Positions 30,966 through 40,300 of a stretch of 64,000 bases of DNA are shown in pieces. Source of the DNA: Nitrospirota bacterium (lineage in GTDB: Bacteria > Nitrospirota > UBA9217); the NCBI GenBank assembly GCA_963840455.1, contig CAWIYV010000014.1, forward strand, positions 256,001 through 320,000, read 5' to 3'. Positions within the stretch are counted from its first letter, which is position 1; the number at the start of each line of letters is the position of its first letter. A program made the translations under genes and the position numbers. The notes beneath the pieces were generated by a model. The model saw only the letters and a list, made by a program, of their open reading frames with translations. It did no database searches and had not been told where the DNA came from.

Positions 30966-32867
30966 ATGCGCTTGCCGAATATCAAGAGGACCGGTATCAC
31001 GATCGCCCTGATCGTGGCGGTCACGCTTTCCCTGCTGCACTCGATGAATGTCAAGTTCTTCGAGATCCTGGAATCGAAGACCCTGGACCTCCAGTTCGCG
31101 CTGCGGGGGCCCGTCCAGCCCGGACCGGAGACGGTGATTGCCACCATCGACGAGAAGAGCATCAAGAACCTCGGACGGTTCCCCTGGCCCCGCTCCACCT
31201 GGGGCCGCGTGGTCGACCGGCTGACCGAGGAGGGCGCGAAGGTCATCGTGTTCGACGTATTCTTCACGGAGCCCGAGACGGTAGCCTCAGACGACCTCTT
31301 CCAGCGCGCAATCATGCGGAGCGGCCGGGTGGTCCTGCCCGTGGTCTTCGATTTCACGGAGGGCGGGTACAAGGAGTCGGGCTTCACCGACCAGAAGATC
31401 GATTTTCTTATCCCCTCGGCGTACATGGCCATGAAGAACACCGACGTGCCCTTCGGCGCGCCGAAGGCCAAGATGGCCCTGCCGACGCTCCTGCGGTTCT
31501 CCGCGTACGCAAAGGCCTTGGCCCATATCAATATGAACCCGGACATTGACGGTACGCTCCGCTGGGAGATGCTTGCCGTCGAGTACCAGGACGACTACTA
31601 CGCGCCCATCGGCCTGCAGGCCGCACGGCTCTACCGCGACGTGCCGCTCGAGAAGATGGCCCTCGACTTCGCCGGATCGGTGCAGTTGGGGGAAACGACG
31701 ATCCCCACCGACGAGTTCGGCAGGATGCTGATCAACTACCGGGGACCGAACAGGACGTTCCCGATGTATTCGATCTCCGATCTCCTTGATCGGAACCTCC
31801 CGGCGGGCACGTTCAAGGACAAGATCGTCCTCATCGGCGCCACAGCCATCGGCATCTACGACCTGCGGGTGACGCCCTACTCGCCGAACATGGCGGGGAT
31901 CGAGAAGCATGCGAGCGTGGTGGACAACATCCTGAAGGGTGATTTCCTGCGTCGTGCGCCGGACCTCGATATCCCGCTGATCTTCATCTTCACGCTCCTC
32001 CTGGGCATCCTCATTCCAAGGCTCGGTGCCCGGTCCGGGGCGGCGGTGTTCATCGTCCTCTTTGCAGTCTTCTCGGGGTTCGTCTATTATCTGTTCATCG
32101 CCAAGGGCATCTGGTTCAGCTGGATCTATCCCGCGTCTGCGCTCTTCTTCGGCTATACGAGCCAGACGGCCTACCGGTTCTTCACCGAGGAGCGGCGCGC
32201 CCGGGACATCCGGAAGATGTTCTCCAGCTACGTGTCCAAGCGCATCGTCGATGAGCTGATCCGGGACCCGAACAAGGCCAAGCTCGGCGGTGACCGCAAG
32301 GAGATCACGGTGCTCTTCTCGGACATCCGGGGGTTCACCAATTTCTCCGAAAAGCACGAGCCCGAGGACGTGGTCTCCCTGTTGAACGAATACCTGGGGG
32401 CCATGACGAACATCGTCTTCGAGCATGACGGCACGCTGGACAAGTTCGTAGGCGACGCGATCATGGCGCTCTGGGGAGCGCCGGTCGGCCAGCCGGACCA
32501 TGCCGAGCGGGCATGCAGGTGTTCGCTGGTCATGATCAAGAAGCTCAAGGAGCTGCAGGCCAAGTGGACCGCCGAGGGCAAGTACGCCATCGACATCGGC
32601 ATCGGCATCAACACCGGCGACATGGTGGTGGGGAACATGGGGGCCGAGGGCAAGAAGATGGACTACACCGTCATCGGCGACAATGTGAACCTCGGGGCGC
32701 GCTTAGAGGGCTTGACAAGAAAGTACAATAATCATATTATCATATCGGAATTTACCTACGAAAAGGTCAAGAATATCGTGAAGGTGAACGAGCTCGGCTC
32801 CGTTACCGTCAAGGGCAAGGAGAAACCCGTAGTGATCTATGACCTGGTCGGGCTCCAGGGAGAGTAA
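30966..32867 (+). CDS. CHASE2-domain class III adenylate cyclase
   Basis: GRFPWPR CHASE2, 3 TMs, FSDIRGFT, DKFVGD, DYTVIGDNVN...R (Lys/Asp consistent with ATP specificity). Confidence 0.93.
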   Translation: MRLPNIKRTGITIALIVAVTLSLLHSMNVKFFEILESKTLDLQFALRGPVQPGPETVIATIDEKSIKNLGRFPWPRSTWGRVVDRLTEEGAKVIVFDVFFTEPETVASDDLFQRAIMRSGRVVLPVVFDFTEGGYKESGFTDQKIDFLIPSAYMAMKNTDVPFGAPKAKMALPTLLRFSAYAKALAHINMNPDIDGTLRWEMLAVEYQDDYYAPIGLQAARLYRDVPLEKMALDFAGSVQLGETTIPTDEFGRMLINYRGPNRTFPMYSISDLLDRNLPAGTFKDKIVLIGATAIGIYDLRVTPYSPNMAGIEKHASVVDNILKGDFLRRAPDLDIPLIFIFTLLLGILIPRLGARSGAAVFIVLFAVFSGFVYYLFIAKGIWFSWIYPASALFFGYTSQTAYRFFTEERRARDIRKMFSSYVSKRIVDELIRDPNKAKLGGDRKEITVLFSDIRGFTNFSEKHEPEDVVSLLNEYLGAMTNIVFEHDGTLDKFVGDAIMALWGAPVGQPDHAERACRCSLVMIKKLKELQAKWTAEGKYAIDIGIGINTGDMVVGNMGAEGKKMDYTVIGDNVNLGARLEGLTRKYNNHIIISEFTYEKVKNIVKVNELGSVTVKGKEKPVVIYDLVGLQGE

Positions 32868-32917
32868 GACGCGGCTTTTCGGAAGCGCGTCGTGAACACC
32901 GTATCCAGGGAGGGTGC

Positions 32918-33685
32918 ATGAAGGTCAAGGTACTGGGGTGCTCGGGGTCTGAGACGATCGGGCATATGCCGCCCGGCTTTCTCGTGAACGACCGGGTGAT
33001 GCTGGACGCGGGCACCATCAGCGCGGCCCTCAGCATCAAAGGGCAGAGCAAGATCACCGATATCTTCATCAGCCACGCCCATCTGGACCACATCAAGGGC
33101 ATCCTGTTCCTGGCGGACAACATCATCGGCCGCGTCAAGCGGCCCATCAACATCCGGGCACTCCCCAAGGTCATCGATGCCATCAAGAAGCATCTGATGA
33201 ACGGGCTGATCTGGCCGGACTTCACGAAGATCCCGACGCCGAAGAACCCCGTGCTGGCCTACAAGCCCTTCCCGGCCGGGAAAACCATCGACCTGGACGG
33301 CCTCAAGGTCATGGCGATCCCCATGAACCACCCGGTCCCGGCCGTGGGCTTCCTCGTGAGCGACGGGAGGTCGTCATTCATCTACAGCGCGGACACGGGG
33401 CCGAACGAGGACCTGTGGGCCGAGGCGAAGAAGGTGAAGAACCTGAAAGGGATCATCGTGGACACGTCATTTCCGAACAGCATGGATTTCGTCGCGGGAC
33501 TCAGCGGTCATTTCACCCCGGCGCAGCTCCACGCGGACCTCACCAAGGCAAAGGTGCGGAACAGCGTTCCCATCTACATTTACCACATCAAGCCTGTCCA
33601 CAAGAAGCGGGTGATCAAAGAGCTGAACGCCCTCGGGAGAAAGAACGTCAAGGTCCTGCAGGAAGGGAAAATCTATACGTTTTAA
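32918..33685 (+). CDS. Class II (MBL-fold) 3',5'-cyclic nucleotide phosphodiesterase
   Basis: LGCSG, SHAHLDH, IWPDF, SFPN, YHIKP. Confidence 0.88.
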   Translation: MKVKVLGCSGSETIGHMPPGFLVNDRVMLDAGTISAALSIKGQSKITDIFISHAHLDHIKGILFLADNIIGRVKRPINIRALPKVIDAIKKHLMNGLIWPDFTKIPTPKNPVLAYKPFPAGKTIDLDGLKVMAIPMNHPVPAVGFLVSDGRSSFIYSADTGPNEDLWAEAKKVKNLKGIIVDTSFPNSMDFVAGLSGHFTPAQLHADLTKAKVRNSVPIYIYHIKPVHKKRVIKELNALGRKNVKVLQEGKIYTF

Positions 33686-33695
33686 GATACTCACG

Positions 33696-33762
33696 AGATC
33701 CCAATTTCGAAATCCTGTTGTTGGTTCTGCTGAAGCTCCCGAGGATTTGGTCATTGGGATTT
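33696..33762. repeat. Intergenic hairpin with heptamer-like arms
   Basis: agatcccaatttcgaaatcct ... aggatttggtcattgggattt. Confidence 0.6.
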
Positions 33763-33780
33763 AATATTTGCAGGAGCGAT

Positions 33781-34626
33781 ATGGCCTGGTTCAAGAAAGA
33801 ACGACCCGAAAAGCTGACCTCCGAGACGCCGGCGAAGAAGGTGAAGATCCCGGAAGGCCTGTGGGTCAAGTGCGACAACTGCAAGGAAATCATCTACCGC
33901 AAAGAGGTCGAGAAGAACTACAAGGTCTGTCCGAAGTGCGACTACCACTTCCGCATCACAGCGTCGGAGCGGCTTCCCTTTCTGGTCGACGAGAACACCT
34001 TCCTGGAGGTGGAGGACGGCCTCTCCCCGAAGGACGCCCTGGGCTTCAAGGACTACAAGGAGAAGCTGAAGAGCAGCCGCAAGAAGACCGGCCTCAAGGA
34101 CGCCATCATCTCCGGCGAGGCCAAGATCGGCGGCCGTCCCGTCCAGCTCGTGGTGATGGACTTCAATTTCATGGGCGGCAGCATGGGCTCCGTGGTGGGC
34201 GAGAAGATCGCCCGGGCCGTGGAACGGGCCATCGAGAAGAGAACGCCGTTCATCTCCGTGGCATCCTCGGGCGGCGCCCGCATGCAGGAGGGCATCCTGT
34301 CGCTCATGCAGATGGCCAAGACCTCGGCGGCCACGGCGCGGCTCGCTTCAGCGGGCCTGCCGTTCATCTCCATCCTGACGGACCCCACCTTCGGCGGCGT
34401 GACCGCAAGCTTCGCCATGCTGGGTGATCTCATCATCGCCGAGCCCAAGAGCCTCATCGGCTTTGCCGGCCCCCGCGTCATCGAGCAGACCATCAAGCAG
34501 CAGCTTCCCGCCGGGTTCCAGCGGGCGGAGTTCCTGCAGGAGCACGGCATGATCGACATGATCGTGAACAGAAAGGACATGCACGCCACGTTGGCAAAGA
34601 TCCTGGAATTCTTCGCCAATGAATGA
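33781..34626 (+). CDS. accD: Acetyl-CoA carboxylase carboxyltransferase beta subunit
   Basis: Starts MAWFKK; GLWVKC..C zinc finger, FMGGSMG, GGARMQEG, GFAGPRVIEQT. Confidence 0.97.
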   Translation: MAWFKKERPEKLTSETPAKKVKIPEGLWVKCDNCKEIIYRKEVEKNYKVCPKCDYHFRITASERLPFLVDENTFLEVEDGLSPKDALGFKDYKEKLKSSRKKTGLKDAIISGEAKIGGRPVQLVVMDFNFMGGSMGSVVGEKIARAVERAIEKRTPFISVASSGGARMQEGILSLMQMAKTSAATARLASAGLPFISILTDPTFGGVTASFAMLGDLIIAEPKSLIGFAGPRVIEQTIKQQLPAGFQRAEFLQEHGMIDMIVNRKDMHATLAKILEFFANE

Positions 34627-34837
34627 ACTGGCAAAAGGCCTTATCCTGCTCGGGGCCGTGCTCATCGCGGTAGGCCTCATCCTCCTGTTTTTCCAGAAGG
34701 TCCCGTTCCTCGGCAAGCTCCCCGGCGATATCCTTATCAAGCGCGAGAATTTTACGTTCTCTTTCCCCCTGGCCACGAGCATCGTCGTGAGCCTCCTTAT
34801 CAGCCTTATCCTCTATCTCATCGGAAAGTTCCGCTGA
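34619..34837 (+). CDS. DUF2905 small membrane protein
   Basis: GKLPGDI, FPLATSI..S. Confidence 0.88.
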   Translation: MNELAKGLILLGAVLIAVGLILLFFQKVPFLGKLPGDILIKRENFTFSFPLATSIVVSLLISLILYLIGKFR

Positions 34838-34845
34838 CGGAACGC

Positions 34846-36243
34846 ATGACCATGCATGATGCTGAAACGAAACGAACCGCCTTGCTCGTCGCCGTCCTGG
34901 CGTCGTTCCTCACCCCCTTCATGGTCTCGTCCGTGAACGTCGCGCTCCCGGTCATGGGAAGGGAGTTCGGCATGAACGCCGTGCTCCTGAGCTGGGTCCC
35001 CACCTCGTACCTCCTGGCTGCGGCCATGTTCCTTGTGCCCTTCGGAAGGATCGCGGACATTTACGGCCGGAAGCGGATATTCTCCGCGGGCATCATCATC
35101 TACACCATCGCATCGAGCCTCATCGTCCTGTCCAGCACCGTGTCCGCCCTCCTTGCACTGAGGGTGCTGCAGGGATTCGGGAGCGCCATGATCTTCGGTA
35201 CCGGCATCGCCATCGTCACGTCGGTCTTCCCGCCGGCGGAGCGGGGCAGGGTGCTGGGGATCAATGTCTCGGCCGTGTACATCGGACTGTCCCTCGGTCC
35301 CTTCCTCGGTGGATTCCTGACCCAGCAGTTCGGCTGGCGGAGCATCTTCCTGGCGAGCGTGCCTGCCGGGCTCGTGGCCATGTACTTCATCGTGCGGCGG
35401 CTCAAGGGCGAATGGGCCGAGGCGCAAGGCGAACGGTTCGACCTCGGTGGCGCCCTCATCTACGCGGTCAGCCTCGTCGCTGTCATGTACGGGCTGACGG
35501 TCCTGCCCGGCCGGTCGGGCGTCCTGCTGGTCCTGTTCGGGCTGCTCTGGGTCGGCGCGTTCATTGTCTGGGAGCTCAGGGTACCGAGCCCGCTTCTCGA
35601 CATGCGGCTCCTGACGACGAATGTCACGTTCTCGATGTCCAATATCGCGGCGCTGATCAACTACAGCGCCACCTTCGCCGTGACCTTTCTCGTCAGCCTC
35701 TACCTCCAGTACATCAAGGGCTTCACGCCGCGCGAGGCAGGCATGGTCCTGATCGCCCAGCCGATCGTCATGGCGGCCTTTTCGCCGCTCGCGGGCAGGC
35801 TGTCCGATAAAATAGAACCGCGTATCGTGGCGTCCATCGGCATGGCGTTCACGGCCCTGGGCCTGGCCCTCTTCGCCCTCCTGGACGAGCAATCCACCTT
35901 GTGGTTCATCATCACGAACCTGGTCATCATCGGGTTCGGGTTCGCCCTGTTCTCGTCGCCCAATACCAACGCGGTCATGAGCTCCATCGACCGGCGGCAC
36001 TACGGCGTGGGGTCTGCCATGCTCGGGACCATGCGGCTGACCGGCCAGATGCTCAGCATGGGGCTGGTCATGGTGATCTTTGCGCTGTACATCGGCCGGG
36101 TGCAGATCACGCCTGAGTACTACCTGCTCTTCTTGAAGAGCGCGAAGACCACGTTCCTCCTCTCCGCCTTCCTGTGCGGCGCGGGCATCTTTGCATCGCT
36201 CACGCGCGGGAAGGTCCACCATGACGCCGCCGGCCGTTCTTGA
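34846..36243 (+). CDS. MFS transporter (DHA2-like, 14 TM)
   Basis: GRIADIYGRK motif A, ERGRVLG, WRSIF. Confidence 0.92.
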   Translation: MTMHDAETKRTALLVAVLASFLTPFMVSSVNVALPVMGREFGMNAVLLSWVPTSYLLAAAMFLVPFGRIADIYGRKRIFSAGIIIYTIASSLIVLSSTVSALLALRVLQGFGSAMIFGTGIAIVTSVFPPAERGRVLGINVSAVYIGLSLGPFLGGFLTQQFGWRSIFLASVPAGLVAMYFIVRRLKGEWAEAQGERFDLGGALIYAVSLVAVMYGLTVLPGRSGVLLVLFGLLWVGAFIVWELRVPSPLLDMRLLTTNVTFSMSNIAALINYSATFAVTFLVSLYLQYIKGFTPREAGMVLIAQPIVMAAFSPLAGRLSDKIEPRIVASIGMAFTALGLALFALLDEQSTLWFIITNLVIIGFGFALFSSPNTNAVMSSIDRRHYGVGSAMLGTMRLTGQMLSMGLVMVIFALYIGRVQITPEYYLLFLKSAKTTFLLSAFLCGAGIFASLTRGKVHHDAAGRS

Positions 36244-36329
36244 CAGCCCCGATCCGCTCGGATATAGTTAAGCAATCGATCGCTCCCCTTCGCTCAGAGC
36301 GCCAAAAACACTTTCCCCGAGGTGATGCC

Positions 36330-37232
36330 ATGGACCGGAGAACATTCCTGAAGACCGCAGCGATCAGCAGCATCGGACTCACCCTTCCCATTGCCGTCGA
36401 TCCGCTGAGCAGCATCGCCGGTGCGGCGATCCATCCCGACCTTGCCGTTGTCCACGGCGCGTCCCCCGAAGCCATCACGAGGGCTGCAATCGATGCTCTT
36501 GGCGGCATCAAGCGGTTCGTCAGCCGCGGCGACGTTGTCGTGGTGAAACCCAACATCGGATGGGACCGTGTGCCCGAGCAGGCCGGTGACACGAACCCCG
36601 AAGTGGTCGCCGCGGTCGTGAAGCTCTGCTACGAAGCAGGAGCGAAGAAGGTCAAGGTTTTCGACCGGCCGGTGAACGACCCCCGCAGGTGCTATGTCCA
36701 AAGCGGCATCGAGCCGGCGGCACGCGCCGTCGACGCCGACGTGACCCACATGGACGAGCGGAAGTTCAAAGAGATGGCCATCAACGGCCTGGCGCTCAAG
36801 ACCTGGCCGCTGTACTCCGAGATCTTCGAGGCCGACAAGGTGATCAACGTCCCCATCGCCAAGCACCACGGTCTTGCCAAGCTCACCCTGTCCATGAAGA
36901 ACTGGATGGGCATGATGGGTGGCTCCCGCAGGATGATCCACCAGAAGCTGGACGAAAGCCTGGTGGACCTGGCCATGAAGGCCAAACCATGCCTCACCAT
37001 CCTCGATGCTGTCCGTATCCTGACCGACAACGGTCCCCAGGGCGGCGACCTGAAGGACGTGAAAAAGCTCGACACGGTCATCGCCGGCGTGGACCAGGTG
37101 GCCATCGACGCTTATGGGGCAACGCTCTTCGGCATGAAGGGCAGCGATCTCGGCTACGTGCGGATCGCTGCGGAACACAAGTTCGGCGTCATGGATCTGA
37201 ACAAGCTGAAGATCACGAAGCTCCAGGTCTGA
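36330..37232 (+). CDS. Tat-exported DUF362 protein
   Basis: MDRRTFLK, VKPNI, INVPIAKHH, KNWMG. Confidence 0.88.
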   Translation: MDRRTFLKTAAISSIGLTLPIAVDPLSSIAGAAIHPDLAVVHGASPEAITRAAIDALGGIKRFVSRGDVVVVKPNIGWDRVPEQAGDTNPEVVAAVVKLCYEAGAKKVKVFDRPVNDPRRCYVQSGIEPAARAVDADVTHMDERKFKEMAINGLALKTWPLYSEIFEADKVINVPIAKHHGLAKLTLSMKNWMGMMGGSRRMIHQKLDESLVDLAMKAKPCLTILDAVRILTDNGPQGGDLKDVKKLDTVIAGVDQVAIDAYGATLFGMKGSDLGYVRIAAEHKFGVMDLNKLKITKLQV

Positions 37233-37259
37233 TCAGCGGCCGGAAGAGGAATACCTGAC

Positions 37260-38153
37260 TTGCCCATTGTCCGCACGCCCGACGAACGGTTTGCAAAGCT
37301 GCCCGGGTTTCCCTTTCCCCCCCGCTATGTCGAGATCGACGGCATGCGGGTCCACTATGTGGACGAAGGAAACGGGGAGATCGTCCTTTGCCTCCACGGC
37401 GTTCCGGCCTGGTCGTTCCTGTACCGCAAGGTGGTCCCGCTGCTGGCAACGCGGTACCGCGTCATCGCCATGGACTTCATCGGCTTCGGCCGGTCGGACA
37501 AGTTCACCGATGCCAAGGACTACTCCTTTCAGCTCCACCACGACACCCTGGTGAAGTTCATCCATACCCTCGGGCTTGACCGGATCACCCTCGTCGGCCT
37601 CGATGGGGGAGCGGACTACGGGTTGTGGGCGGCGATGGACATGCCCGAGCGGTTCTCTCGGCTCGTGATCATGAACACCGACCTGCCGACCGGGGACCGC
37701 CCCCTCAACCCGATGTTCTCCGTATTCAAGCAGTTCGTTGAGATCGAGCCCGATCTGCTGGTCGGGCATATCATCCGCTCCGGGCTTGCGTATGGCAACA
37801 GGCTTTCCGACGAGATCATCGCAGCGTACGAGGCGCCGTTCCCCGACGCCCCCTCCAAGGCGGGCGCCGCGGTATGGGTGCTGCGCTACCCGGCCGCTCC
37901 CGACGCCCCCGGGGCCGAAGCCATGGCCCGAACACGGGAGGCGCTCGCGCAATGGGAGAAACCGGCGCTGGTGCTCTTCTCCGAGGAGGACCCGCTCTAT
38001 GGCAGCCGCCACGGGTTCTTCCGTGCGCTGATCCCGTCGGCCAGGCGGGAACCGGAGATCATCATCCAGAAGGCCGGACATTTTCTTCCAGAAGAGAAGG
38101 GAGAAGAGGTCGCGCGGCACATCCTGGACTTCATGGCCAGGACATCGGGATAA
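37260..38153 (+). CDS. Haloalkane dehalogenase-like alpha/beta hydrolase
   Basis: [32 protein letters not shown]; TTG start. Confidence 0.85.
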   Translation: MPIVRTPDERFAKLPGFPFPPRYVEIDGMRVHYVDEGNGEIVLCLHGVPAWSFLYRKVVPLLATRYRVIAMDFIGFGRSDKFTDAKDYSFQLHHDTLVKFIHTLGLDRITLVGLDGGADYGLWAAMDMPERFSRLVIMNTDLPTGDRPLNPMFSVFKQFVEIEPDLLVGHIIRSGLAYGNRLSDEIIAAYEAPFPDAPSKAGAAVWVLRYPAAPDAPGAEAMARTREALAQWEKPALVLFSEEDPLYGSRHGFFRALIPSARREPEIIIQKAGHFLPEEKGEEVARHILDFMARTSG

Positions 38154-38207
38154 GGTCCGGTCGGGTACCCATGCTGTCCGCGCGCAGAACAATCGGGAGG
38201 CTGCACC

Positions 38208-39800
38208 ATGAAATTAGTATCGACCCGGAATATCCGCTGGATCGTACAAGGATCGTTCCTTCTGCTTTTCCTGTTCCTCTTCATCCAGACAGAGTCCAAG
38301 GGGAACGATGAACTGGGCTATCCTGTCCGGCTCTTTCTCGATTTCGACCCCCTCATCCTGGTCACCACGCTCCTGTCCGCCCATGCCGTGGCGAAGGCAT
38401 TCCTGCTCTCCCTCGTCGTGATCGTCCTTTCGATGGTCCTTGGCCGGGTGTTCTGCGGATGGGTCTGCCCGCTCGGGACACTGCACAACATGATCGGCTC
38501 GCTCAGCAAGCGGCGCCCGGCCCGGGACCTCAAGAACTGGCACAGGGTGAAGTATTATATCCTTATCGGCGTCATTGCGTCGGCAGTGTTCACGCTCCAG
38601 CCCGTCGGCATCATGGACCCCATCTCGCTGCTCATCCGGTCATTCTCGCTGAGCGTGTATCCGCTCTTCAATTATGCAGTACGGTCAACGTTCGATACGA
38701 TCTATTCCGTCAACCCTCTCGGCATGGCGGCGGTCTCGGAGCCGGTCTACACCCTTCTGAAGAAGAGCGTGCTGTCCTTCAACCAGGCCATCTACAACCA
38801 GAGCGTATTCGTCGGCATACTGTTCCTCGCGGTCCTCAGCTTGAACCTGGTAGAGAAGCGGTTCTGGTGCCGGTACCTCTGCCCGCTCGGCGCGCTCCTT
38901 GGGCTGATGTCGCGATTCTCGCTCCTCAAGCGGTCGGTGAGCGAGGGTTGCACTGAGTGCGGCGCCTGCGCCACGGTCTGCCAGGGGAATGCCGTGCCGG
39001 ACCAAAAGGGCAAGTGGAAGGACGCGGAATGCTACTATTGCTGGAACTGCGACGACATCTGCCCGAACAATGCCGTCCTGTTCGGGTTCTCCGGGAAGAA
39101 ACAGACTCCGGCCATGGACCTCGGCAGGAGGCGGGTGGTCGTTTCAGCGCTGTCCGGCATCGCAGCGGTGCCGCTCCTGCGGATAACGCCGCTCGGCACG
39201 GCCAATGCCAAGAATCCCAACCTGCTCAGGCCGCCGGGCTCGCTGGAGGAGAAGGAGTTCCTCCGCCGGTGCGTGAAGTGCGGGGAGTGCATGAAGGTCT
39301 GCATCACGAACGGCCTCCAGCCGACGCTCATGGAAGCGGGACTCGAAGGCATCTGGTCGCCCACGCTCGTGCCGCGCATCGGCTACTGCGAATACCGCTG
39401 CACGCTCTGCGGCCAGGTCTGTCCCACGGGCGCGATCAAGAAGCTCTCGCTCCCGGAGAAGGCCAAGATCAAGATCGGGCTTGCGATGATCGATAAAGGC
39501 CGCTGTCTGCCCTGGGCGCACGCGACGCCCTGCATCATGTGCGAGGAGGTCTGCCCCACGCCGAAGAAGGCTGTCTGGTTCGAAAAGGCCGAGGTGCGCG
39601 ACCGCAAGGGGAGGGTCCAGACCCTCCAGCAGCCGCGCGTGGACCTGGAGCTCTGTATCGGCTGCGGCATCTGCGAGGCCAAGTGCCCGGTGCTCGGAAG
39701 GCCCGCGATCACTGTCTCGAGCGTGGGGGAGAGCAGGTCGAAGGAGAACCAGCTGCTGCTATCAGAAAGGCATGACGATGAGCGACGCCATAACTCCTGA
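38208..39800 (+). CDS. Membrane polyferredoxin (NapH/MauN plus NapG/MauM-like fusion)
   Basis: FCGWVCPLG, WCRYLCPLG, LRPPG, multiple CX2CX2CX3CP motifs. Confidence 0.9.
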   Translation: MKLVSTRNIRWIVQGSFLLLFLFLFIQTESKGNDELGYPVRLFLDFDPLILVTTLLSAHAVAKAFLLSLVVIVLSMVLGRVFCGWVCPLGTLHNMIGSLSKRRPARDLKNWHRVKYYILIGVIASAVFTLQPVGIMDPISLLIRSFSLSVYPLFNYAVRSTFDTIYSVNPLGMAAVSEPVYTLLKKSVLSFNQAIYNQSVFVGILFLAVLSLNLVEKRFWCRYLCPLGALLGLMSRFSLLKRSVSEGCTECGACATVCQGNAVPDQKGKWKDAECYYCWNCDDICPNNAVLFGFSGKKQTPAMDLGRRRVVVSALSGIAAVPLLRITPLGTANAKNPNLLRPPGSLEEKEFLRRCVKCGECMKVCITNGLQPTLMEAGLEGIWSPTLVPRIGYCEYRCTLCGQVCPTGAIKKLSLPEKAKIKIGLAMIDKGRCLPWAHATPCIMCEEVCPTPKKAVWFEKAEVRDRKGRVQTLQQPRVDLELCIGCGICEAKCPVLGRPAITVSSVGESRSKENQLLLSERHDDERRHNS

Positions 39801-40098
39801 CGAGTTGGAGAGCATCCTGAAGGACAAGAACCCGCCGCAGGTAGTGGATGTCCGACGGCCCTCCGACCGGCAGAGCGATCCGTCTTCCGTTCCCGGCGCG
39901 ATATGGATGGACCCCGAGAAGGCGGGAGAGTGGGGGAAGGACCTTCGAAACCGCGAGGTCGTGATCTATTGCGTTCGCGGAGGTTCGGTGAGCAGGTCGG
40001 TGCAGGAGACGCTTCGCGAGAAGAACATCAGTGTCCGGTTCATCGAAGGCGGGCTTGAGGCCTGGAAGAAGTCCGGCAAGCCGGTGAATAACCCCTGA
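39778..40098 (+). CDS. Rhodanese-domain protein
   Basis: VDVR, VPGA, YCVRG, EGGLEAW. Confidence 0.88.
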   Translation: MSDAITPDELESILKDKNPPQVVDVRRPSDRQSDPSSVPGAIWMDPEKAGEWGKDLRNREVVIYCVRGGSVSRSVQETLREKNISVRFIEGGLEAWKKSGKPVNNP

Positions 40099-40300
40099 TC
40101 TGCAGCTCGAGAATCTGTCCGCCAAGGTTGAGACATGCAGGGGACTGCTGTAGTGCGCACCAGCTGCATATTTCGGAAATTCCAGAGTGCCTAATTGTGA
40201 GCCCGCCGCTGGCCCGTCGATCCGGCTCACGGTAACGTCTCAGGAGCGGGGAATAGTGGTCTCGTAGCAGGGTAATGAATTATTGTGAAGGCGCGGCCTG

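Noticed and set aside
33415-33780. Extended 403-aa AccD
   Set aside because: It overlaps the phosphodiesterase gene; the AccD N-terminus MAWFKK with an RBS starts at 33781.
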